Source: Schmidtea polychroa (taxonomy: Eukaryota). From it: DNA of 64,000 bases. Of the stretch, positions 1 through 64,000 are shown piece by piece; position 1 is the stretch's first letter; every line of letters starts with the position of its first letter. A program made the translations under genes and the position numbers. The notes beneath the pieces are model-generated. The model was given only the letters and a program-made list of their open reading frames with translations. It had not been told where the DNA came from and did no database searches. The stretch lies in the NCBI GenBank assembly GCA_044892525.1, contig CM097885.1:5272001-5336000 (forward strand), read 5' to 3'.

Positions 1-701
1 GTAATAATTTTGATTTAATAGTTGTGTAATTTCTCCAGGAGTTCCAATTTCTCTCGAGTTAGACCGTACCGCTTACTTATGGACTTTTACTCGGTGGCAA
101 TTCATTTTATTAATAGGAGAACATTTTAGGTACGAATTTTTTAAATGTTTCCATCAACATTTTGTAACTTATTTCCTCGGTAAACTTTTGGCGCGTTAAG
201 AGCAATAATAAATAAGAGGAAACATTAATTCAATAAAGTCGGAGGGGGAGGGAGTCAAAGAACCTCCTAGCAGTAGATGAGAGATACCAAACTGTATGTA
301 ATTGTAAAATGTTGGTTATAAACAGCTATTTAATGAATTAATAATTCCGCTATATTTATTAATTAAGAAACGGATTAATCAATTAAATTGTGAAGAGAAA
401 GAGCAAAGGGGTTATGGAAAGGTAACTGCGACAATTTCCATAAAAATACAATAAAAATCATCGAAATGATCCCAAATAACTTCCTGCCATTTATTTACCG
501 GCAATATACAGAAACTCTTACACTCTTCAATATATAGCCCTCCCCACCTCACCTCCCCGTTATTGACTAAATGAAACATTTTAACTAATAAATTACAATC
601 AATATATAAATTTAACAATAATAATGAGAATGAATTAATGGGGGAAAATTACCAATTTCATGCCGTTTCAGGTGGAATTTCAATTAACAAATTACACTTA
701 C

Positions 702-1093
702 AATCATCTAAATGTCCGTCAATTAAAAATATGATAAAATATGCACAAATAATGCAGCAAAATAATAATATAACTAATTTAGAAATGCCTATAATATTTA
801 AGCTCATAAATATGTATATAAAAACGAATATAATAATCCTAAATGGTAAGTAAAATTGAAATTGTGATCAAAATATTTTACCAACAAAATTGATGATATA
901 TAGATCCAGCTTCAATAATAGTTTCGTGTAAATTATACTCTTTTACATATACTATCAATTTCAATAATACATAAAATTTAAACCCAGAAAACTTACGATT
1001 AGTTTTCATATTTTTTAAAAATAATGATTCATCTACGTAATTGTCTGGAACATCGAAATTTTCGTATAAAACTTTTCTCCAAATCTTCTTCAT
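702..1093 (-). CDS. PIGC: PIG-C/GPI2-like GPI-GlcNAc transferase subunit, 5' exons only (1093-997, 951-882, 838-702); 3' part unresolved
   Basis: N-terminus MKKIWRKVLYENFDVPDNYVDESLFL matches the PIG-C motif W.KVLY.....PDNYVD..FL. Short GT-AG introns (952-996, 839-881) join in frame to LYVKEYNLHETIIEAGSIYHQFC and a hydrophobic segment. No convincing downstream PIG-C exons found between 1 and 700. Confidence 0.72.
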
Positions 1094-1810
1094 AAAATAT
1101 GTTATAAACTAATAAACTATTTAAATGCTATTTAAACATAAAGTGAAATATAAATCAATTATTTAAATAATTCTAGGTCATCAATGACGTTCTACTGTAA
1201 AGAAACACAATTTTGAAATTTTCTTAATTATGATATTTTAATAATAATTTCGAAATTTCAAAATGCCATATTTATATTTTATAGTAATTTTCATGTAAAA
1301 TTTTAATTGATTTATCATTTTTTGAAAAATTGAAAAATTTTTTGAATTATTTTCAGATACACTAAAACCTCGATTAACGTCGTTTTCGAAGTTACGTTGT
1401 TTTTGAAATTTTGTTATTTCAGAGTTGTGTTTTTAAAATTTCTATTTGGGTTGCTTACATTTCCCATATAATGAACCGAAAGCGCCAACAAGAGGAATAA
1501 ATGTGTCCAAAGTTAAAAATTAGGGATTATCATTTTGTAACAGTCAAAATATCACTAATTTAATATTGGATTATGATTTATTTTTTAGTTGATTAACATA
1601 AAAAAATCACTCAGCACTATTCACAATTCACATATCCACCTTTATATAGTTTATTAATTTAGTCATTTTAATGTAAAGATAGGTTCAATGGAGGAAGATT
1701 AGAAAATGAATTTAATAAAAAGTTGTGTATATATGAATCGTAGGGGTTTTTAAATGTATTAGATTATTAAATGAAATAATAATTAAATTTCAATATTTTA
1801 AAATATCCCA

Positions 1811-1948
<138 letters not shown>

Positions 1949-2199
1949 GTACTTTTATTCGTTAAAACAGTTATCGGGTTCATATGAAAGAAAAATATTT
2001 GTGTCAAACAAAGGTTTATTCGGCATTATATCACACTGAAGGAAAGTTTTATTTCGAACGTTTTATGTACTACCAAAAAGACACTAAAAACTCAAGCCAT
2101 TTATTTATTCGTATCACGTCTTTCAGGCATGACAAAATACTGTTCGAATGTCCCATAACGTGGGCTTCCTTACAAGTGCATCGCGCAACCACTCTCGAG

Positions 2200-3330
2200 C
2201 TTTCCCGGGTTATTGAGATTATTTACTGAAGTAGTGGTGAGATCTGGAGGTATTGCAGTAGGTAGAGGTCCTATGCATAGTGACCGAGATATTGAGTTGT
2301 AAAGGACCTACTCTACCAGGTATCTGTCGATGAGAACTTGATTATCCCAAGCACCTTGTGGTCTAGTTTGGATTTTCAGAGCCTGTATCTTCGATCGGCC
2401 ATGTGACACTTGTGCCTGCAATGACTCGATTTGTTGGACTCATTTTAAACCACGCCTCTTCCATCTTCTGTATTTGCTCCTCGAGTACCTCGATCCTGGC
2501 GCAGAATACCTCCATCAGTCTTAACGTGGCTTCTCGGTCGGCTCGTTTAATCTCCAAAATATAAATAGATCATTATAGGTTATTTTGTATTTGGATTAGG
2601 CGCTGGAACTGGACTAAACAATTAAATTTTATCAAGTAAACCTAATATTGGTTGAGAGATGTTTATGATAAGGTCGATCTCATTTTGTAGTAATCGGGAA
2701 ATCTTTTCTCATTCCATTGTCAAATCATGTTATACACAAGAGACAACGTCACTCGAAACACAAACATTCACGTACAACCGCATTCTCCTTAATTAATACA
2801 TTTTCCTAGCACAGAGGAAATGAAGTTCGAAATTCACATTTATTCAAATATAACAGCAGAACAATAATAAATTCAACTTCCTTCAGGCATATCTGAGTCG
2901 TCTCAGGCCTCGTGTTCTCCCACGTTTCCGCGATGCCTCATCTTACCTCCAGACAACTGTAGTAGGGGTTTCAATCTCTGTCTCAATACCGCAGGATGTC
3001 CTTTTGTCACGCGTCGTCAGAGAAAGTTGATATTCCCCATCGGTGCTGGGGATAAGCCCTTGACTGATTTCCTTCACTATGTCTCAACTTCTTAATCGCT
3101 ATTTAAACCTAGTACACCACCTGTGTTCAGGCCAAACGTGCCGAATTCAGCGCCGGTTCTCGTTTTAACACAACCATTTGAAAATATTGATCGTGGATCT
3201 GCGATCTCAAGCTCGTCCCTCCTTGGTAGTGGTTCGCGTCCTTCATTCAGTTTCTCTAATCCAAAGCTGTGATTTTCGTTATATCAAATCTCTTTGAAGG
3301 CTTGGGCGTTCCAATACCTCTTGGAACTTT
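2200..3330. mobile_element. GC-richer island, possibly a decayed retroelement fragment
   Basis: Composition shifts abruptly relative to the flanks; only short broken ORFs (e.g. 2363-2557, coiled-coil-like). No diagnostic motif recognised. Confidence 0.25.
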
Positions 3331-3539
3331 TCCAATCATCAAGGGAGGATAAATACTATTAAATATTTGAATATAACTTTTATATATTTTGAAATAATGA
3401 TTACATATTGTATAAAGTTAGTATAAAATCACGTTATATACCAACAGGATAATCACAAGAATTATTTCTGACATTCTCACCATATTCCACGACAAGCAAT
3501 AAAGATTTAATGCGTATATTATGCACCTTCCAAACTCCT

Positions 3540-3822
3540 TTCCATAGACGCTTATTCATCTGATCAGCTCATCTTCCAGTTGACCGAATTCTTTATTCCG
3601 ACAACCGCTTGACAATCACCTTGCAACTAGTGCCAACATTTCTAAATTTGACAATGTCTTAAAAATTTCCACTTTATCTTTTACCCAGTCGCGAACTGTT
3701 GATGTTGTCAAGCAATATTTTTTACTTAATGCAGCAAAACTATATCCAGGAACAGTATGTTTATATTATATAATCACTTGCATTTTAAAATTTAATGAAT
3801 ACGACTTTCCTTTTCCGTTCAT
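3540..3822 (-). pseudogene. pogo/Tigger-like (CENP-B type) transposase N-terminal HTH remnant
   Basis: Reads MNGKGKSYSLNFKMQVII*YKHTVPGYSFAALSKKYCLTTSTVRDWVKDK...SGCRNKEFGQLEDELIR*I, i.e. two HTH-type segments with in-frame stops. Confidence 0.65.
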
Positions 3823-4394
3823 ATTTATGGTTCGAAAATAATTATAAATAATACAACAAATTATACAAATAAAATTTCATAACTTTTTATAATATTTACA
3901 CATTAAACAGATAATGTAATTAAACATTAAAAGTATAATGGAATAAATTTATTTTTTAAAATCCTGATAGGTTAATAAATTTATATAAAATTAAAAAATA
4001 ATTTGAAAATATTAATAATAAAAACAAATTGATAAATATTAAAAATAAACAATAATAACAAATAATAAAAAATAATAATATATAATAAATAAAAATAATA
4101 AAAAATAATAATAATAAAAATAATATTATCAAAAATAATTATAGTAATAAAGAATAATGATTAATAATAAAAAATAATGATAAATAAAAATAATAAAATA
4201 TAATAAATAATATTAAAAATTAATAATGATAATTAATAATAAAAATAATATATAATAAATAATAATATTAAATAATAAAAATAATAATAAAAACAATATA
4301 TAATAAATAATATCAAATAACAAAAATAATTAATAATAATAAAAATTAATAATGATAAATAATAATAATGATAATAAATAATAATAATAATAAG

Positions 4395-4600
4395 TTAAAC
4401 ATACATGGCAACGATTTAATTATAAGATAACGCCAATCAAACATTCTTTTCATGATTAATTTCGAGAGTTTTCCTGTCATCATCAAGTGGGATATAATAA
4501 CTCATTAAATTTAGGATTTTAAACAAATTTAATTATATATAAAAAATTTTTTTCATTTTAAAAAAAATATATTATTTTTTTTAAATTTTAACATTTAAAA
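4395..4600 (+). repeat. Dispersed repeat X, copy 1
   Basis: aaacatacatggcaa...gataacgccaatcaaacattc...ttttcctgtcatcatcaagtgggatataataact recurs directly at about 5775 and inverted at about 12875-13040. Confidence 0.9.
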
Positions 4601-4667
4601 TTTAATTTAATAATTAAAAAATTTTTTTTTATTAATTATTTAATTTAACACAACAATCAATACATAC

Positions 4668-4713
4668 AATAATAATAATAATAAAAATAATAATAATAAA
4701 AATAATAATAATG

Positions 4714-4787
<74 letters not shown>

Positions 4788-4788
4788 C

Positions 4789-4821
<33 letters not shown>

Positions 4822-4829
4822 TAATAATG

Positions 4830-4866
<37 letters not shown>

Positions 4867-4882
4867 TAATAATAATAATAAC

Positions 4883-4921
<39 letters not shown>

Positions 4922-4922
4922 C

Positions 4923-4958
<36 letters not shown>

Positions 4959-4960
4959 TA
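4668..4960. repeat. (AAT)n microsatellite
   Basis: Direct reading. Confidence 0.97.
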
Positions 4961-5189
4961 AAATAAAAATAAATAAAAAATATTAACAATAACAATATTT
5001 GACAGGAAATTGCTATAACACAAATGGTAGATGATCATGGCCAATAAAACGTGACAACAATACATTTCAATAAGTGAAAACCATTATCAATAAATTTAAA
5101 AAAATAAGATTCTCAAAATATTTAACAATCAGGTCAATATTTACAAAAATAAACAATGTCAACATGAATCTATGCATAAGTATATATGA

Positions 5190-61202
<56,013 letters not shown>

Positions 61203-64000
61203 CTGTATTCAATCGAAGTTTTAAAAAATATTTTTGAATCAGCGAATTTTTATGAAAATTTAATGAAACTAATATAAATCAACGCGTAAATCGCTGCAAA
61301 GGGACAAATTCAAAACCAAACACAAAATGAAAGATTTCTGAATTTTTGAAAAATGTATTTAAATGAAATATTTTCAGGGGAAACTATCCCCGTTTATAGA
61401 GATATGTGTGGGACAGGCAGGAATTGAATAGCTAGAAAGCTGTATCAACTATATTACGTGTCGCACTAATTCGATCATTATTTGTTGAAATTTTAAATAT
61501 TTTTTCACTTTAATATATTTTAATTATAAATGTAGTTATTCATATTTTATAATTTTTTAATAAATGTTCCGGATTTTTCAAAATATATGATAAAATCGAG
61601 TTTTGTTGCTTCCCACAGAAAAGTTCTCAATAGTTCTCTATTTGATAATATTTTTGATCCTTCGAAATTTGGACTAATACTTTGTAATCAAAATATTGGT
61701 ATTTTTTAATCCTTCTTTATCATTTCAATAGAAAATTATTCGGCATTTCGACCTTTCAGTTCCATAACACCATTCTTTGTCCAGTTTTGCTTCCAAGTTC
61801 TTCCATTGAATAAACTTAGATTTTTAGTTGTGTTATCAATTAAAACCATAAGTTACTTTCATTTGTATCCGACCTTTAGATATCTATTGATCATTACACC
61901 GCCCTCAGCATAAGAATTGCGTTCGTATGTTTTACTGATTCGATTTCAGTATTGTAATGATTAACTGGTTTTTCGAATTCATTTGCTCGGGCACTCAAAC
62001 GGTCAACGGTGAAACAATCTCCCATCGTATCATTGTGTTCAAACGATCAGACTCTTTCCTTCTATAATTCCTGACTGATCTCGATTCATTTTTCCCGACT
62101 TATAATATCGAGATTGTTGTCCAATCATTTAACATTTCGTTTCAAATGAAGCATTTTAGATTTGTTTTATAATAACTGACTTTGATTTTATTGCAAAGGT
62201 AAACTGATTATCACACAGAAAGTTTAAGTATGTTATAACATCACCAATTATTTCAATTGTTTTGGTTCCTTATTGTTTTACTTCAACTGCTAACTCTACC
62301 GACAGAGATTTAGTAATAATTTTCACCACCAAATCTCCTGCGTTGAATGTAAAATCTCATCACCTTTCATAATGATGTTATCACCAAGTTGAAAGGTTTT
62401 GTTTATCAATTAGTGATTAGATGTTACTAAACGTTCGAACAAAGGATTCCTTTAGCATTTCATATGGTATAGGTTTGTTTCTCATCTCTATTTCATTAGC
62501 TCAGGTAAAGTTTACTTTTTCTATTATACCTAAAAAGCTTGTAGATCAGATAAAATTTATCTCTATATTTTCTCCTTCAAAAGGTTATATTGAACTTATC
62601 ATAATTTATATCGTGCCCAAATAATGCGTGTAATCAAAATCCTGACTATTAAAACAACCCATAATAATAATTTATCAACTAATTTAAATAAATTTAAATT
62701 TCTCATGGGGAGGTTGATTATTAGGATGATTTGCTAACAATGGATTTCTGGATATAAGTTAGAAATTTGAACCATTTCAATAAATTTCCAATAAAAACGA
62801 GGGGAGTTTCGAAAGATATCTGAGTTTTGATAATGAAAAATCTACAAGTAGATATTAAAGAAAACATACAAAACTTCTTAATGAAATGTCTGATGATGCT
62901 ATAGAAAATGAAACTTCCAAAAAATCATGAAGAGTCAAACTAGTCTCATGTTTTATTCAGAAATGTTTCTAACCAATTATAAATCCAATAATATAAATGT
63001 AAATTTTACGAAGTAAAAAATATTCTGTCTTTAAATTGTCATATTCTGCTCATATCGTTTTTTAATTAAAAGATAAACCTTATCTTTTGGTTTTGATTAA
63101 CTCGGTTTTCTTTTTAATACAATTTTTATTCTGGTCCTTTCGTGAATTAAATAGAATTCTGTCGTAATCCCGTTACTAAATGGAAAGAAGAAATTCCTAC
63201 AAAAATTGATTGAATGTCGAAAGAGCGAAAAGTGAAGAATGAAAGTAAAAGAAGTTTAAATAAAAATTTGAAACGAATAAGTCAATTAAAATTAATTTTG
63301 GGGAAATATTTTATGAAAATTATTTAAACAGAAATTTATCAAATAATTTTTGATTTTTTGTCATAATGAAAATAAGTGAAAAATGATTATTGAGTTTTTA
63401 ATGTTTAAATTTCACAGGCTAGCAACAATCCTCTGAGTGAAATTTTTCAGGTTATAATTACTAAAATGTACTAAACGGCTGAGATAATTATATCAAAGTT
63501 TAATTTATTTTACGGAATATATCCTGATTTCAATTATGAAGAATTGTAGGAAATTTACGAAGACAGAATTTTAAATATTTAAGATTAAGGTATGAAAAAT
63601 AAATTTATATCAAAATAGATTTAAATAGATTTCCTCGTGAGAACACATGCAATAAATGCATCAAGTATGACAGATGATTTAACAGTTTTATAGGAAAGCA
63701 CCAATAGTTTTACAAATTATACTTCATTTATTAATTACACCTGTTTAGATTATGGAATATTCATTAAATTAGATTTTGAACTTTTAAATGAATTTATATT
63801 GTAGTAAATAATAATAATAATAAATAAATAAAATAATATTATAATAATGTGGTAAGAATATTAAAATTTAACAAACTATTAAGTTATGATTTCTTGGTAG
63901 CAGCATTTATTGTTTTAACAAGCTATTATTAATAAAATATGTCACTAGTGATTGGTACATATTCATATTAAGAAAGAATTACAGGAACTAAAGCGGTGGG

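Noticed and set aside
61740..62640. First SLC4 exon or retroelement integrase tail
   Set aside because: Frames are broken by stops; only weak FxxGDxV-like hints and no supported splice to 61202.

Overview
AT-rich, microsatellite-rich eukaryotic (animal) genomic DNA with many 40-60 nt GT-AG introns. The style suggests an invertebrate such as a flatworm, but that is inference only. Most of the window is one minus-strand SLC4 (Band 3/bicarbonate transporter family) gene, reconstructed as 19 phase-compatible exons from 61202 to 5190; its first exon(s) were not found. The 5' part of a PIG-C-like gene lies at the left edge. The large SLC4 introns are packed with mobile DNA. One 12.4-kb intron holds a Polinton/Maverick-type protein-primed DNA polymerase B gene split by five short introns, all phase 1, and a TRAF-family gene with a homopolymer frameshift. 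Other introns hold non-coding or mini-cargo elements with Polinton-like 5'-AGTAG termini and long TIRs full of transcription-factor-like motifs, one carrying a small IAP-type RING ORF. Also present: Penelope GIY-YIG remnants with a probable U3-A8 variant minimal hammerhead ribozyme, Helitron-like ends next to a chimeric RING ORF, a Merlin mini-element, Tc1/IS630, pogo and Gypsy relics, and an intact hAT-related (hATm-like) transposon inserted in a (TA)n tract. All calls come from manual reading; no database searches were run.
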